Assembly: GCA_903951425.1 (NCBI GenBank)
Contig: CAJBBX010000053.1
Span: 11,412 to 75,411, forward strand
Origin: an uncultured Chthonomonas sp.
GTDB taxonomy: Bacteria; Armatimonadota; Chthonomonadetes; Chthonomonadales; CAJBBX01
Direction: 5' to 3'
DNA length: 64,000 nt
A program made the position numbers and the translations under genes. This document shows positions 17,926-30,428 of this stretch, piece after piece; the stretch's first letter is position 1; the number at the start of each line of letters is the position of its first letter. The notes beneath the pieces were generated by a model that was not told where the DNA came from, searched no databases, and saw nothing but the letters and a program-made list of their open reading frames with translations.

Positions 17926-20466
17926 CTACGCCCAGCATGAGTACTCCGAGCCGGCAACCAGGGTCATGCCGTCTTCCTCCGTCACCGCCCTGTGCGCGGC
18001 CTCATCGACTCTGGCCGTCGTCGCATCGAACCAGATTCCGAGTGACTTCAGCTTCAGTGCGCCGCTCAGTACCCTCAGGAGGCAGGAGGTAGGCGTCGCC
18101 TCAATCTCGCCCCAGGCGCCGTCCACCGACCAGAAGCAGCGGAAGCGACCATTGACCCACCGTTTCGGCGCGAAGCCCAGCGCCCTGCGTCTCGCGTCGA
18201 AGGTGAAGCCGCTGTAGGTGAGCAGGAGGCCGTACGAGGCCATGGAGCGCGCGTAGTTGCTGCCGCACTCGATCTCGTTCCACGGGTTCCGGGCCTCGCC
18301 GTCGTACCGGGCGCGCACGGCCTCGACCACGCGCTCGCCCTCGGCCACCAGGCCGCGCGAGATCATCAGCCCGGCGGCGGCGTACTCGAAGCCGTGCATG
18401 GTCTCCTGCGCATACGTGAGCGGAATGCGCGGCTTCCGGGCGCCTTCGGGCCAGTCGCACATCACCAGCCCGGCCTCGTCGTTCAGGCAGAAGAGGCGCC
18501 AGGGGTTGTAGTGGTTGCGGATGGGATCCTTGAAGTTGTGGGCGTAGAGCGACGCCAGCGCCGACCGCACATGGTTCGGGTCCAGCAGGTCGTCCAGGCC
18601 GTAGAGGTCCGCGTGCCACTGCGCCAGCACCTGGTCGATGCCGCAGCCGTCGCCCACCTGGTACTTGATCTCGCCATGCTCCTCCGACCAGTACTCCAGC
18701 GCGCCGAAGGCCTCCAGCGTGGCCCTGTCGGCCAGGTCGACCCGCTGGCCGTAGTAGCTGCCGTTGAAGACGTTGGCGTCGATCCACGCGCGTCCGCGAT
18801 TTGCCAGGGCCCGGTAGTCTGCGGCAGTGGCGGGATCGCCGAGGGCATCCGCCATCTCGGCTCCGGCCCGTAGTGCGCCAAGGTAGAACCCCGTGAGCCA
18901 CGCATTGGGCCCGAAGAGCTCCATGTCGAGTGTGTGGTGCTGGCGGCCCCACAGCACGCCGGTCTTGTCGGGGTCCCAGCGGTCGGGGTTCTCGGGGCTC
19001 CAGGCGAACTCGATGGAGGCCTTCACGGCGGGCCAGAGCCGCCGAAGCCACTCGGTATCGCCGCAGATCCTCCAGTCCCGGTAGGTCTTCATCACGCCGC
19101 CGAACTGGCCGTCGGCGCAGGGCCGGAAGCCGGAGGGCTCCACGCCCAGGGGTAGCTGGATGCGGAACGGCATGGCGCCTGAAGGCTTCAGGTTGTGCCG
19201 GTAGTCCGCCTCGCGCATCGATCGCTCAAGGCCTGGGAAGAGGAAGGGGAGCGCCTGGGCGTAGTTCCAGACGTGCGTGCAGGAGCCCTCGCAGCATCCC
19301 GAGCCTGGGTGGCATCCCTCGAAGCCGTAGAAGGTGCCGTCCTCCAGCCGCATGACGGTGGGCGACTTCAGGATGCTCAGGTTCGCGGAGACGGCGTCCA
19401 GAGCCGCATCCGGCAGCGTGGAGCCGAAGAGCGCGTCGCGGAACTTGCGGGTTTCGGCCACTAGCCGCTTCCAGTCGGCCAACGCGTAGCGGGCGCTCTC
19501 CCGCGACGTGGGCCAGACGGTGGCGTACCAGTTGCGCCAGGTGCGCGGCAGGCCCGCCGTGGCGCAGGCATCCCCGCAGGCTGCATTCCAGTAGTTAGTG
19601 CAGTTGGGGAAGCTCCAGCTGATGACGAACCTGACCTTGCCCGCCTTGCCCGGCGGCACTGTTATGCGTGCGGCGAGCGTGGCGTGGTTGTCGCGCCCGA
19701 CCTCGTCGGCCGCGTAGGTCCGGTCCTTCGGCAGGCCCGGCTCCGTGAAGTCGCGCCAGTAGACCTCCAGGTTGTCGTTCCAGCCTCCTCGGTACCAGTA
19801 GGACTGAACGGCCCAGTCCGAGGCGTCGGTAGCTAGCGTCAGGTCGCCGTAGCCGGGGTCGTCGGCTGCCAGACCCGTCGTGCCCAGCGTCACGGCGCGT
19901 CCTTGCGCCGCAACCGTATGGACGTTGGGCGCCGGGAGCGGGTTTGCCAGTGTGCCCGCGAGCGTGTACGTGATGGGCCCCGCGCCCGTGTTGCGCACCT
20001 CGAACTCGAAGAGCGCGGCCGGGATGCCCGAGTCCTGCTCGTTGCCGGGGATGAAGGGGTTGAGCGCCGTCATCCGCACGCGCCCGGGGAAGCTCGGGTC
20101 GACGAAGCGCACACAGGCGATGGGGAACCGGCCGTCGAACTCCGTCGACCGGAAGTGCGGCATTCCCGCCGTGGTCTGCCGAGGCTCGCCGAAGCCGAAC
20201 GAGCCGAAGTCGCCCAGCCCGAACTGGCCGGAGTAGGGCGGTGGCAGATCGCCGTTGAGCACCCGCGCGTCCAGCACACGCCCGCCCGCCTCGGCCTTGA
20301 TGGCGAAGTGCGAGAAGCCGTTGAAGCTCCCCTTGTTCGGCCGGTTGTAGATTTCCCAGTCCAGCAGCCGGCCGTTGCCGCCCAGCCCGATGCACCCGGT
20401 ACCGATGCCGCCCAGCGGGAAGGATATCTGCGCCGTCTTGCGACCCTTGTAGGTGAAGCGTGACAT
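17926..20466 (-). CDS. GH116-like glycoside hydrolase (GBA2-type beta-glucosidase family), copy 1
   Basis: N-terminal signature [28 protein letters not shown]. ~846 aa with an (alpha/alpha)6-like C-terminal half. Confidence 0.8.
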   Translation of the reverse strand: MSRFTYKGRKTAQISFPLGGIGTGCIGLGGNGRLLDWEIYNRPNKGSFNGFSHFAIKAEAGGRVLDARVLNGDLPPPYSGQFGLGDFGSFGFGEPRQTTAGMPHFRSTEFDGRFPIACVRFVDPSFPGRVRMTALNPFIPGNEQDSGIPAALFEFEVRNTGAGPITYTLAGTLANPLPAPNVHTVAAQGRAVTLGTTGLAADDPGYGDLTLATDASDWAVQSYWYRGGWNDNLEVYWRDFTEPGLPKDRTYAADEVGRDNHATLAARITVPPGKAGKVRFVISWSFPNCTNYWNAACGDACATAGLPRTWRNWYATVWPTSRESARYALADWKRLVAETRKFRDALFGSTLPDAALDAVSANLSILKSPTVMRLEDGTFYGFEGCHPGSGCCEGSCTHVWNYAQALPFLFPGLERSMREADYRHNLKPSGAMPFRIQLPLGVEPSGFRPCADGQFGGVMKTYRDWRICGDTEWLRRLWPAVKASIEFAWSPENPDRWDPDKTGVLWGRQHHTLDMELFGPNAWLTGFYLGALRAGAEMADALGDPATAADYRALANRGRAWIDANVFNGSYYGQRVDLADRATLEAFGALEYWSEEHGEIKYQVGDGCGIDQVLAQWHADLYGLDDLLDPNHVRSALASLYAHNFKDPIRNHYNPWRLFCLNDEAGLVMCDWPEGARKPRIPLTYAQETMHGFEYAAAGLMISRGLVAEGERVVEAVRARYDGEARNPWNEIECGSNYARSMASYGLLLTYSGFTFDARRRALGFAPKRWVNGRFRCFWSVDGAWGEIEATPTSCLLRVLSGALKLKSLGIWFDATTARVDEAAHRAVTEEDGMTLVAGSEYSCWA

Positions 20467-20470
20467 GGGC

Positions 20471-23029
20471 CTAAGCCACCGTCAGCGTGAGGGCGTCGCC
20501 CGCGCACAGCTGCACGCCGCCCTCAAGAAGGAAGGAGCCGCCGTCGGTCCTGCGCGCCGCCACGGTCGCTCCGTTCAGCCTGGCCACGACGTGGCCCGAC
20601 GGCGACTGCGGCAGGACGATCTCGGCCAGCGTCACCTCGCCCCACTCGATCGTCAACGCGGCAACGTAAGCCCGGCCGCCGACCTGTTCGAAGACGCCCC
20701 ACGCGGTGCCGGCCGTGAAGAAGCAGGTGAAGGCATCGCGTCGGATGCGTGGCTCGAAGCGGATTAGCTGCCTCGGCGCCCTGTAGACGCACCCGGAGAG
20801 CGCCGTGATCAGGCTCCAGGAGGCCATGGCGCGTGCATAGTGGTGGCCGCACTCGAACTCGTTCCAAGGGTTGCGCTTCAGTCCGTCGTGCCGGTTTCGC
20901 ACGGCCCGCACGATCGAGAGACCTTCCTCGATGAGTCCCTCGTAGAGCAGGTGCGCGGCGACCTGGTACTCGATGCCGGTCCAGACCTCGTCGGCGTAGG
21001 GGAAGGGATAGGTGGGCCTGCCGCCGTTGGGCCACGAGCAGAGCAGTAGCCCCGCCTCGTCGTTCAGGGCGTAGACCCGCTGCACCGAGGCGTGGGCGCT
21101 CAGGTCGGGCCGGAAGTTGTGAGTATGGATGGCCTTCAGCGCCGAGCGGACCTTGTCGCCCGGCAGCACGTGGCCCAGCCCCACGACCTCGGCGAACCAC
21201 TGGCCCAGCAGGTGGTCGCTGAGGCATCCGGCGCCGTACTGGTACCGCGGCTCCTCGGTGGCGCCCTCGGGCCGGATCACGGTCTGCGTGAAGTACTCGC
21301 CGTTCCAGAGCCGGTCCGTGGTCGCCTCGGAGCCGCGTGCGCAGAGATCGCGGAAGCGGGCGGCGCGGTCCGGCTCGCCCATGGCCTCGGCCATCTCGGC
21401 CCCGGCCTTCAGCGCCGCCAGGTAGAGCGTGCCCATCATGGTGTTGGGGCCGTAGAACTCGATGTCGTAGGTGTTGTGCTGCTCGCCCTCCATCACGCCG
21501 TCGCCGTCGGCATCCCAGCTTCCGGGCCGCCATGCGTACTCCAGGGCCCGCACGATCCCCGGCCAGAGCGACTGCAGGAAGTCGTCGCCGGCGCCCTGCT
21601 GCCACTCGCGGTAGGCCTTTAGCACGGTGCCCATCTGGCCGTCCGCCGCAGGCTTGAAGTCCCAGAGCTGCTCCACCAGCGGCAGGAGCGTGCGGAAGGC
21701 CATGTTGCCGTCGGGACGCGTGTTGTGCGCGAAGTCGGTGTAGCGGACCGTCCGCTCCAGCGCGGGAAAGAGGTGCGCCACGGCCTGCTCGTAGTTCCAG
21801 ACGTGGGTGCAGTTCATGGGGCAGCAGCCGCAGTTGTCGCCGCATCCCTCGAAGGCGTTCAGGCGGCCGTCGCCGGTCCGCATGCAGGTGGTGGTGCGCA
21901 GAATGGAGGCGTTGGCCGAGGCGGCGTCGAGTACCTCGTCGGGTAGCGTGCTGCCGAACAGCGCGCGGCGGTAGGCATCGGTGCCGGCCTCCAGCTCGGG
22001 GAGGCGGTCCAGCGCCTCGCGGGCTACCGACCAGGCGTCGGGCCAGAGGTTGGCGTAGTAGGTGGTGAGCGGCTTGCCCTTCACGGCCTCTTCGTTGTTC
22101 CAGTGGTTCGACAGGTTCGGAACGTGCCAGGCGATGATGAAGGGGATGCGCACGGTCCGCCCGGGGGCGACCTCGACCAGCGCGGCCACCGAGCCCACAT
22201 CGGTCTGTCCGTCGGGCGTTGGATCGGCGGGGCGCTCGTCGGTGAGGCGGCCGTCCGAGGCGAAATCGTCCCAGAAGCTCTGCACGTCGTCCCACCAGCC
22301 GGCGCGCTCCCAGCGCGTGGCGACGGAAACGTCGGGCCAGGGCGTGACGAGGGCCATGGTTGCGTGCCGTGGGCTGTCGGCCTCGTACTTGCCGGTGGCC
22401 ATGGCCAGTCCCGCCATGCCGGCCTCGCGGCGGAAGGCGTTCTGGTTCTTCCCGAAGCCCGCGCAGTGGCGGTTGCTCAGTTTGTCCACGCCATCGTAGC
22501 CGCAGGCGTTGAGGAGGCTCAGGCAGAGGCTTGCCGAGACCGTCTCGGCGCCGGTGTTGGTGAGCGACCAAGTGAAGAGCGCCATGGGCATGCCGCTGGA
22601 CCGGTCATCCATGGGGATGAAGGGGTTCATGGCCTCGAGCCGAACTTCCAGCGGGAGCGCCGGGTCGGAGAAGCTCAGCTCGGCCGTAGGGTAGCCGCCG
22701 ACGAACTCGCACTCGGCCAGCCGCGGCAGGCCGCTCACCGCTCCGGTGGGCAGGCCGAAGCCGCAGTCGTAGGGCGGCAGGATGCGCCGCTCCAGCACGC
22801 GCGCCACGGGTTCCTTGCCGGCCGACTTGGCCCAGAGCGCGAAGAACGTGTAGGGCAGGTCGCGTCCCTTCGCCGGTCGGTTGAAGATCTCCCAGTCGCA
22901 GAGCTGGCCCCGGCCGCCCAGCGACACGGTACCCGTGCCGATGCCGCCAAGGGGGAAGGCGATCCTCGCCAGGCTCGGGCCGGTGAATCGGCGCAATCGG
23001 TCGGACGTCTTGTCGTGTGTCGGCATCAT
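20471..23029 (-). CDS. GH116-like glycoside hydrolase, copy 2
   Basis: [28 protein letters not shown]. 852 aa, colinear with copy 1, with a 4-nt gap to the downstream paralog. Confidence 0.8.
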   Translation of the reverse strand: MMPTHDKTSDRLRRFTGPSLARIAFPLGGIGTGTVSLGGRGQLCDWEIFNRPAKGRDLPYTFFALWAKSAGKEPVARVLERRILPPYDCGFGLPTGAVSGLPRLAECEFVGGYPTAELSFSDPALPLEVRLEAMNPFIPMDDRSSGMPMALFTWSLTNTGAETVSASLCLSLLNACGYDGVDKLSNRHCAGFGKNQNAFRREAGMAGLAMATGKYEADSPRHATMALVTPWPDVSVATRWERAGWWDDVQSFWDDFASDGRLTDERPADPTPDGQTDVGSVAALVEVAPGRTVRIPFIIAWHVPNLSNHWNNEEAVKGKPLTTYYANLWPDAWSVAREALDRLPELEAGTDAYRRALFGSTLPDEVLDAASANASILRTTTCMRTGDGRLNAFEGCGDNCGCCPMNCTHVWNYEQAVAHLFPALERTVRYTDFAHNTRPDGNMAFRTLLPLVEQLWDFKPAADGQMGTVLKAYREWQQGAGDDFLQSLWPGIVRALEYAWRPGSWDADGDGVMEGEQHNTYDIEFYGPNTMMGTLYLAALKAGAEMAEAMGEPDRAARFRDLCARGSEATTDRLWNGEYFTQTVIRPEGATEEPRYQYGAGCLSDHLLGQWFAEVVGLGHVLPGDKVRSALKAIHTHNFRPDLSAHASVQRVYALNDEAGLLLCSWPNGGRPTYPFPYADEVWTGIEYQVAAHLLYEGLIEEGLSIVRAVRNRHDGLKRNPWNEFECGHHYARAMASWSLITALSGCVYRAPRQLIRFEPRIRRDAFTCFFTAGTAWGVFEQVGGRAYVAALTIEWGEVTLAEIVLPQSPSGHVVARLNGATVAARRTDGGSFLLEGGVQLCAGDALTLTVA

Positions 23030-23178
23030 GGGGCTCCCTGATCGCGTATATCGGTCCTATGGGTTTGGCCGCGCGGCTTCCGGAATCCTGCTTGGGCGCA
23101 CCGATGTCCCTGCGCATGGCTACCGGACCGCATTACCTGCCCGCTGACGCGAGCGTCAAACATCTACGGAGGTGGCCA

Positions 23179-24128
<950 letters not shown>

Positions 24129-24132
<4 letters not shown>

Positions 24133-25388
24133 GCGAGACCGCCACGACCGCCGCCATGTGCGTGACCCCAGGCGGCGTCTCCGGCATCAAGCGGCTCTTC
24201 ATCGTCTTCGCCGTGGGCTTCCTCGCGGCTACCGGCGCTGCCGCCAACAGCTTCTTGCTCTGCTACATGGCCGCCATGCTGCTCCTGCTGCCGGCGGTTT
24301 CCTTCTACATGGGACTCCGTGCGGTGCGGGGCATACATGTCACGCGCGAGGCCCCGGAGTCGGTCTGGGCTGGGGACACCGTCGAGATCACGCTCAACGT
24401 CCAGGGCGGCTCCGGCCTGCTCTACCCCTTGCTTCGGGTACGAGATGAACTGCCGGCCGCCCTGCAGCCCGACGGCGACCTGGAGGCGCAGGTCACTGCA
24501 GGCGCCGACGGGGCTCGGGCGACCTACTCCGCCCTGGTCCGGCGCCGCGGGGTCCACCGGTTGGAGCGCGCCGTCGCCATGGCGTCGGACCCGCTGGGCG
24601 TGGTCGATTTCCACCTGCCGCTCCCCGCTGTGACCGCTATCGTGGCCTATCCGCGCCCAGAGCCCATCCAGTGGCTCACGCTGCCGGGCTCCGAGCGCTA
24701 CGGCGCTGTCGACATGGCCCGACCCATGGCCCGGGGCGCCGGCGTCGATCCCGACGGAGCACGGCCCTACGAGCCCGGCGATCCCCTGCGCCGTATGCAC
24801 TGGCGCGCCACGGCACGCACCGGTGTGCTCAACGTCAAGGAGTTTGAGGAGGCGCGCTCGCTCTCCGCCCTGCTGGTCCTCGACTGCTGGAACGGCGTGC
24901 CCGGCGGCGACGCGGACGATGGCCCGTTCGAGGTGATGGTCCGGGCGGCCGCGTCGCTGGCCTCCATGTGGCTGGCGTCGGGCGCCGCCGTGGGACTGGC
25001 GTGCGGCCCGGAGCTCGGGCCGGCCTTCGCAGTGGCTCGCGGCTCGGCGCACCTGCTGGCCCAACTAGATGCCCTGGCCCATGCCGCGCCGACGGACCCG
25101 CGCCGCCTTGGCGAGGCCCTGCCTGCTCTGGCCGGCCTCGTCAGCCCCGGCGTCACGCTGGTGGCCCTCACGGCAGACGCTTCGCCCGATCTGGTCCGAA
25201 CCTGCACCCAACTGACCTCTGCCGGCGTCGGGCTGCAGATCATCTACGCCGCATCCGGAGCGGGCCTCGCCGAGGCGCCCGCAACCTGGCTCAGCGCCGC
25301 CTGCGACGCGCCGCTACTGGTGGTCTCCTCGGGGCCGGGCCTCCCGTTGCAGCTTCAGGGGGTGGGCGGTGTCCTCCGTGCAGCCTGA
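24129..25388 (+). CDS. DUF58 domain protein
   Basis: Two N-terminal TM helices and the DUF58 core RPYEPGDPLRRMHWRATARTGVLNVKEFEE. The GTG start overlaps the moxR stop (GTGA). Confidence 0.8.
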
Positions 25389-27552
25389 AACCAGCGGAGT
25401 GCGCGCCGCGGCCGGTCTGAGCCCGGTGGCCTTCGCGGCGGCCTTTGCTGCTTCCGCTTGCGCCCTGCTCTCGTTGCGTATCGGCCTCGACGCCGCACAG
25501 GCCGACGCGCCGCTCCTGCTGGTCTGCCTGACGGCGGCAGGCTGCCTGGTCAGCCTTGCGGCTCGGTCGCGGCCCGCCGTGGCCGCCGTCTCGGAGATCG
25601 GCGCCACCGTCGTGTTCGCGCTCATGGCCGCGGGACTGGTAGCAGACGCGGGGCCGTTCCGCGGCCTCGTGGCTTCCGGCGCCTTCTCCGACCGCCAGCA
25701 GGGCATGGCGCTCTTCCTCGGCTGGCTGCTGGTCTACCTCTCGTTCACGCAATCGTCAGGACCGCGTATGCTCTTCATGTCGGTTCCGTCGCTGAGCCTC
25801 TTCGGCGTCGTTGGTACGATGACGGTCGAACCTGAACTAATGATGCTCTTCGTCGGCTTTGCCGCTGCCACCACGTTTCTTGTCCTTCACGAGCATCGCA
25901 ACGCGGGACGCGCGCCTGGCCACACGGCCTCAGGTCGCATCGCGTTGGGGCACGTGACGCTTGCGGTGGTATGCGTTGCCGTCGCCGTGGTGGGAGGGCG
26001 GTTGCTGGCCGTCCCGATCCACTTCGTCGGAACAGAGGTGCTCTTCCCCATGGGCCTGATGCCCATGAACCGGGGCGCCGACCGCATGGGCCGGGGCCCG
26101 GTGGTCACCATGGGCGAGGCCAACAGCGTCGATGTTGGCACCGGACCCGTGAGCAAGACCGACACGGTACTACTGCGGGTCCGGTCACCGGAGCCGGCGC
26201 TCTGGCGCGGCGCCACCTACGACGCCTATACCGGCCACGGCTGGCGTAACACGCTGGACCACGACAGTGTGCCGCGTATGCAGTCGCAGGCTCCGTCCGC
26301 CTGGGGCGCCGATGAGCGCCTTCAGGATCGCGGCGTAACGGTCCTGCCTGAGCGCACCGCCATCACCGCCACGCCCGGGAACCCGCGAACATTGCGCCAC
26401 GCCGTCTCCGTGGCTCAGAACGCCGTTGTTACGCAGCTCTACGGTGCGGGCGAGATGCGCTCCGTGCGGCTGATCCCGCCCTATCGGTCCTGGCGCGTCG
26501 GCGTTATCATGCAGGATGATAGCGGAGCGTTGAGCCTGGCGACTTCGTTGCCTGGGCTGGTGTACATCATCGAGTCGGAGATGCCCCAGACTGACCCGCA
26601 GGCGCTGCAGACCGAGGCCGGGCCGACGCCTGACGAGGTATCCAGCCGCTACATCGCACTCGATGACATGGCGCCGGATGCCCTGGCTGCCGTGCGGGCC
26701 GAAGCTGAGAAGGCGACTGCCGGCCGGCGCACCAAGGTCGATCGTGTCGAGGCCCTGCGGATGTGGGTGGCGTCGCGCTGCAAGTACAACCTCGCCGCGG
26801 CGGCCGCCCCGACTGACCAGGACATCGTGCGCCACTTCCTGTTCGAGAGCCGCGAGGGCTACTGCGACTCGTTCGCCACCTCCCTGGCCGTGCTGTGCCG
26901 TTCGCTGGGCATCCCCGCCCGCGTTGCGTCGGGCTTCGCGACCGGCGACTATGAGAGCTCAAGCCGCCTTTACCTCGTGCGCGACCGCGACAAGCATATG
27001 TGGACCGAGGTCTACTTCGCGGGCTTCGGCTGGGTCCCGTTCGACGCCACATCGGACGCCGAGGATGTGACGCCTCGGGCAGGAGCCGCCGTGGCTGCGG
27101 CAGGCCGGTCGCTCTGGCAGCGCCTCCGCACAGGCGGCCCGTTGCCTATGCTCATGCTGCTGGTGGGCTTTGCGGCGTTGCTCTACGTGCTGAAGAGCGA
27201 GCTTCTAGATCGCCGCAGGGCCGCCGCCGCCGGCTCGGGGCTCTCGCCCGAGGTGCGCCGCATCATGCGCAGCTATGCCGCAGCAGCCGCGGCGTTGGCG
27301 CGCTTGGGCCTGCGGCGGGCGCCATCAGAGACAGCCGACGAGTTCGCCCACCGCGCCGTTGCCCAGGGAGGCCTGGGAGATGCCGCCGAGCCGTTACGAA
27401 GCCTGACGGCGCTCGTGGTGTCCGCGAGGTACGCTGTAGCGCCGGCGCCTGACGGCGCTGCCGCGCGTGCCGAGGCCCACGCGGTAGCGCTCCGACGTGC
27501 GGCGGCCGACCTGCGCAAGGAGCGCAGGCGATCGCGGCGAGGTGGCGTTTGA
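25369..27552 (+). CDS. transglutaminase-like membrane protein (TgpA-like)
   Basis: Multi-TM N-terminal part followed by the transglutaminase core EGYCDSFATSLAVLCRSLGIPARVASGF...DKHMWTEVYFAGFGWVPFDAT (Cys-His-Asp). It overlaps the DUF58 gene by 20 nt. Confidence 0.8.
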   Translation: MSSVQPETSGVRAAAGLSPVAFAAAFAASACALLSLRIGLDAAQADAPLLLVCLTAAGCLVSLAARSRPAVAAVSEIGATVVFALMAAGLVADAGPFRGLVASGAFSDRQQGMALFLGWLLVYLSFTQSSGPRMLFMSVPSLSLFGVVGTMTVEPELMMLFVGFAAATTFLVLHEHRNAGRAPGHTASGRIALGHVTLAVVCVAVAVVGGRLLAVPIHFVGTEVLFPMGLMPMNRGADRMGRGPVVTMGEANSVDVGTGPVSKTDTVLLRVRSPEPALWRGATYDAYTGHGWRNTLDHDSVPRMQSQAPSAWGADERLQDRGVTVLPERTAITATPGNPRTLRHAVSVAQNAVVTQLYGAGEMRSVRLIPPYRSWRVGVIMQDDSGALSLATSLPGLVYIIESEMPQTDPQALQTEAGPTPDEVSSRYIALDDMAPDALAAVRAEAEKATAGRRTKVDRVEALRMWVASRCKYNLAAAAAPTDQDIVRHFLFESREGYCDSFATSLAVLCRSLGIPARVASGFATGDYESSSRLYLVRDRDKHMWTEVYFAGFGWVPFDATSDAEDVTPRAGAAVAAAGRSLWQRLRTGGPLPMLMLLVGFAALLYVLKSELLDRRRAAAAGSGLSPEVRRIMRSYAAAAAALARLGLRRAPSETADEFAHRAVAQGGLGDAAEPLRSLTALVVSARYAVAPAPDGAAARAEAHAVALRRAAADLRKERRRSRRGGV

Positions 27553-28646
27553 ACAAACAGACCGGTCGCCGCTCGGGCGACCCGCTGGACCCCATACGGC
27601 CCATCTATCTGATCCATGGTGACGACGACCTGGCGGTGCAGCAGTTCATCGATGAACTCCGCAAGCGGACCGCCGAGGAGACGTTCGCGGAGTTCGACTG
27701 GCAGGAGGTCGATGCCTCGGGCCTGACCGTCTCGGCCTTGCTCGCGGGGATCGGCCAGTTGCCCTTCGGCTCGCCCTACCGCACGACGGTGGTGCGCGGG
27801 GCCGAGGTCTTCAAGTCAAAGGGGCGTGCCGATGACGCCGACGCCCTCGTCACCGGCCTGACGAAGCTCGGCCCGGCTGCCTGCGTGGCCATGGTGGTCG
27901 GCGTATCGGAGGAGCGTGCGCGCGGCAAGGCCACTGTGGCGGGCGCCAGGCTCGACGCCTACGCCGAGGAGCGGGGGATCATCCTGCGCTTTGCTGCGCC
28001 CGGCGCGGCAGACCTGGCCGAGCGCGCCGTGGAACTAGCCCGCGCCGAGGGCTTCCAGCTCTCGGCCGACGTAGCGGAGAGGCTGGTGCAGGCCGCACAT
28101 GGCGATCCGCGAGCCCTGCGCAACGAGTTGGCAAAGGTGCTGGCATACGCCGGCGACGCCAAGCGCCTGACCCTGGCCCACGTGGACTCGGTCTGCAGCG
28201 TTGACCCCGAGGATGTGATGTTCCGCCTGGTCGACGCCATCGGCCACCGGTTGGCCCACCGCGCGCTCACGCTGCTGCGCGAGGTCTGCCGCTATGAGAC
28301 GAAGCCCCATGCCGTGGCGGGGCGGCTGCTGGCGCTGGTCAACAGGCAGCTGAAGCTACTCTGGCAGTGCCGTAGCCTGATTGAGCAGGGGGTGCGCTCA
28401 CGCGATCTGCAAACGCTGCCGCCCCACATCGCTGCGGAGCTGCCCACGGAGGCATCCGTGCTGAGCATGGTGTTCAAGATACGCGACCTGTACACCATGG
28501 CGCAAAAGTGGGACGCTAACGCCCTGGCTGCCGGCTACGACGCCCTGGCCGCATGTGACGTGGCCAACAAGGGGGGCGACGAGGGCAGTCAGGACGTGTT
28601 GGTGAACCTGGAGGTTCTTATCGTCCGGTTGTGTACCGCGGGGTAG
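27549..28646 (+). CDS. holA: DNA polymerase III delta subunit
   Basis: N-terminus PIYLIHGDDDLAVQQFIDELRK and a ~365-aa helical C-terminal region typical of HolA. The TTG start overlaps the upstream stop (TTGA). Confidence 0.7.
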   Translation: MNKQTGRRSGDPLDPIRPIYLIHGDDDLAVQQFIDELRKRTAEETFAEFDWQEVDASGLTVSALLAGIGQLPFGSPYRTTVVRGAEVFKSKGRADDADALVTGLTKLGPAACVAMVVGVSEERARGKATVAGARLDAYAEERGIILRFAAPGAADLAERAVELARAEGFQLSADVAERLVQAAHGDPRALRNELAKVLAYAGDAKRLTLAHVDSVCSVDPEDVMFRLVDAIGHRLAHRALTLLREVCRYETKPHAVAGRLLALVNRQLKLLWQCRSLIEQGVRSRDLQTLPPHIAAELPTEASVLSMVFKIRDLYTMAQKWDANALAAGYDALAACDVANKGGDEGSQDVLVNLEVLIVRLCTAG

Positions 28647-28671
28647 CATCGGTCCGCGGCCCCAGGGGGTA

Positions 28672-28689
28672 GGGCGGCTTGCGCCGCCC
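28672..28689. terminator. short GC hairpin between convergent holA and rpsT
   Basis: GGGCGGC-TTGC-GCCGCCC. No clear U-run on either strand. Confidence 0.35.
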
Positions 28690-28965
28690 CTAGGCCTTGG
28701 CTGCTGCGGACTTGGCCGCGCGCTTCATCATCCGCGACTTGCGGCGGGCAGCCGCGTTCGGGTGGATGATGCCGCGCTGGGCGGTCTTATCGATGACGCT
28801 GAGGGCCTTGCGGACCACCTCATCGCCGACAGCGGCGGTCCCCGCGTCGATCGCGGTGCGCGCCTTCTTGATGTAGGTCTTCATTGCCGACTTGGCAGAG
28901 ACGTTGCGCAGATGGTTCTGGCGCGACTTCTTCACGTCCTTCACGACAGACTTAATGTTGGGCAC
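28690..28965 (-). CDS. rpsT: 30S ribosomal protein S20
   Basis: (M)PNIKSVVKDVKKSRQNHLRNVSAKSAMKTYIKKA. GTG start, with the perfect SD GAGGAGGTGA 7 nt upstream. Confidence 0.9.
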   Translation of the reverse strand: MPNIKSVVKDVKKSRQNHLRNVSAKSAMKTYIKKARTAIDAGTAAVGDEVVRKALSVIDKTAQRGIIHPNAAARRKSRMMKRAAKSAAAKA

Positions 28966-29019
28966 AGGCGTGTCACCTCCTCAGAGCGCCGTTCAGTATA
29001 CCTGCAAGGCGTCCGATCA

Positions 29020-29520
29020 CTACAACTCGAGTTTGTCGAACCGGCCGGCGGCCGGGTCCAGCGCTTCAGCCAGGGCCTTGTACGCATCTTCGACGCGCTT
29101 CAGGATGTCCCGGGCGTTGGCCTCATCGGTCGAACCGGGCTCGAACCGCTTTGGGTCCGACCGCGCCGCCAGTTCCTTGTATCGGGCCGCCACCTCCGTC
29201 AACGGTGCGCCTTCGGGCAGGCCCAGGATGCGGTATGAGCGCGACAGCGGCGTGACGACAGGCGCCGTTGGTTGCGTCGTCGGCTGCGTGGCGGGCTGCG
29301 CCGCGCGCGGCTGGGCTCCCGCCGCGATCTCCGCGGGGGTCCGGAGCGGGCGCGGCGCCGTCTCGTGCAGGGCGTCGGAGAGCTCCTGCTCCGCAGCGGC
29401 CCGAGCGCCCACGCGCTCCAGCGTCTCCATCGCAGACTCCTCGTCGATGCGGTCGAGGCGATCCTTGATCGCGTTCAGCTGCGATGCCGCGATGTTGCGA
29501 ATCCGTTTGGGCCAACTCAT
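29020..29520 (-). CDS. J-domain-like protein lacking the HPD motif, with PspA-like N-terminal helix
   Basis: The C-terminal YRILGLPEGAPLTEVAARYKELAARSDPKRF...ILKRVEDAYKALA aligns with J-domain helices II-III, but HPD is replaced by SDP. A Pro/Thr/Gln-rich linker is present. Confidence 0.5.
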   Translation of the reverse strand: MSWPKRIRNIAASQLNAIKDRLDRIDEESAMETLERVGARAAAEQELSDALHETAPRPLRTPAEIAAGAQPRAAQPATQPTTQPTAPVVTPLSRSYRILGLPEGAPLTEVAARYKELAARSDPKRFEPGSTDEANARDILKRVEDAYKALAEALDPAAGRFDKLEL

Positions 29521-29542
29521 GGTCGGGGGCCTCGTGCGCCGG

Positions 29543-30385
29543 TCACAGGCTTTGCCGTAGCGATGCTGGCTCGTCGCCCGATAGCGCTTCGGTCACGCTG
29601 CTGTCCAGCATCTCGATATCGTGGCTGAGGCCGTCCAGCTCCAAGTTCATGTTCTCGCTGAGTGACGCCGCGCTACTGATGTCCAGAGTTTTGATGCGGA
29701 TGACCTTGGCCTTCCAGCTGGCGAAAGTGGCCTCGACGTTCTCTAACTGGCTATCGATCCTGCCGCATGCCTTCTTGATCGAAGCGTAGGTCTGCAGTTC
29801 GGTCTCGCGTGCCTTCAGCGCCTGCTCGTACTGCTCCCGAGAGACGGGGTCGGTCGTGCTGGCAATCTTCTGGCGGAGCCCGGCGCAGTAGGATGTCAGC
29901 GAACGCTCGTCGACTTGCGCCAGGTAGCGCGCCAACTGCTGCTTACGGGTTCCGATGCGGATCGCGCGCTGCAGCAGGGCCGGCAGACGAGAGGCAATCT
30001 GGTCCAGGTCCTTCTTCGCGTAGTCCGCCACATCCGAGCCGCGGGCCTCCCGCAGGATCTCCTTCTGGAGCTGCAGGATGTACCGTACACGCTGGCGGGT
30101 CTCGAAGTCCATCTGGTCGAGCACGTCCTCCACCTGCTCATCGGTGAGGTCGTACTCCTTCTCTTCGCGCTCGGCGAAGGTCTTTCGGAGGTACTCCTCG
30201 TCGCGGAGGCGCCGGGCGAGCATGATGACATCTACCGCCAGGGCGACGCCGAACGTGGCCTCGGGCGGAACGCCGGCACCCAGCCAGACCGCCGCCGCAG
30301 CGATCCACGCGGCCAATGAGACCGGCGACAGGATGACCTTTCGGGCGATGTAGCCCAGCTTGCCCCCGGTACTCAGATGGGACAT
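29543..30385 (-). CDS. membrane-anchored coiled-coil protein
   Basis: Two N-terminal hydrophobic helices (VILSPVSLAAWIAAAAVWLGAG, FGVALAVDVIMLA) followed by ~200 aa of heptad-rich helix. It lies directly downstream of pspA. Confidence 0.55.
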   Translation of the reverse strand: MSHLSTGGKLGYIARKVILSPVSLAAWIAAAAVWLGAGVPPEATFGVALAVDVIMLARRLRDEEYLRKTFAEREEKEYDLTDEQVEDVLDQMDFETRQRVRYILQLQKEILREARGSDVADYAKKDLDQIASRLPALLQRAIRIGTRKQQLARYLAQVDERSLTSYCAGLRQKIASTTDPVSREQYEQALKARETELQTYASIKKACGRIDSQLENVEATFASWKAKVIRIKTLDISSAASLSENMNLELDGLSHDIEMLDSSVTEALSGDEPASLRQSL

Positions 30386-30428
30386 TCGGTTACCGCGTTA
30401 TGCTCGGACGTCAAAGTGGCGGCCCATA

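Noticed and set aside
20523-22571. 682-aa ORF in an alternative frame of GH116-like copy 2. The same applies to the long antisense ORFs 41205..42746, 50717..51793, 51905..52918, 54377..56173 and 58632..60278.
   Set aside because: All are Arg/Gly/Pro-rich shadows of strongly supported genes on the same or opposite strand. No motifs were recognised.
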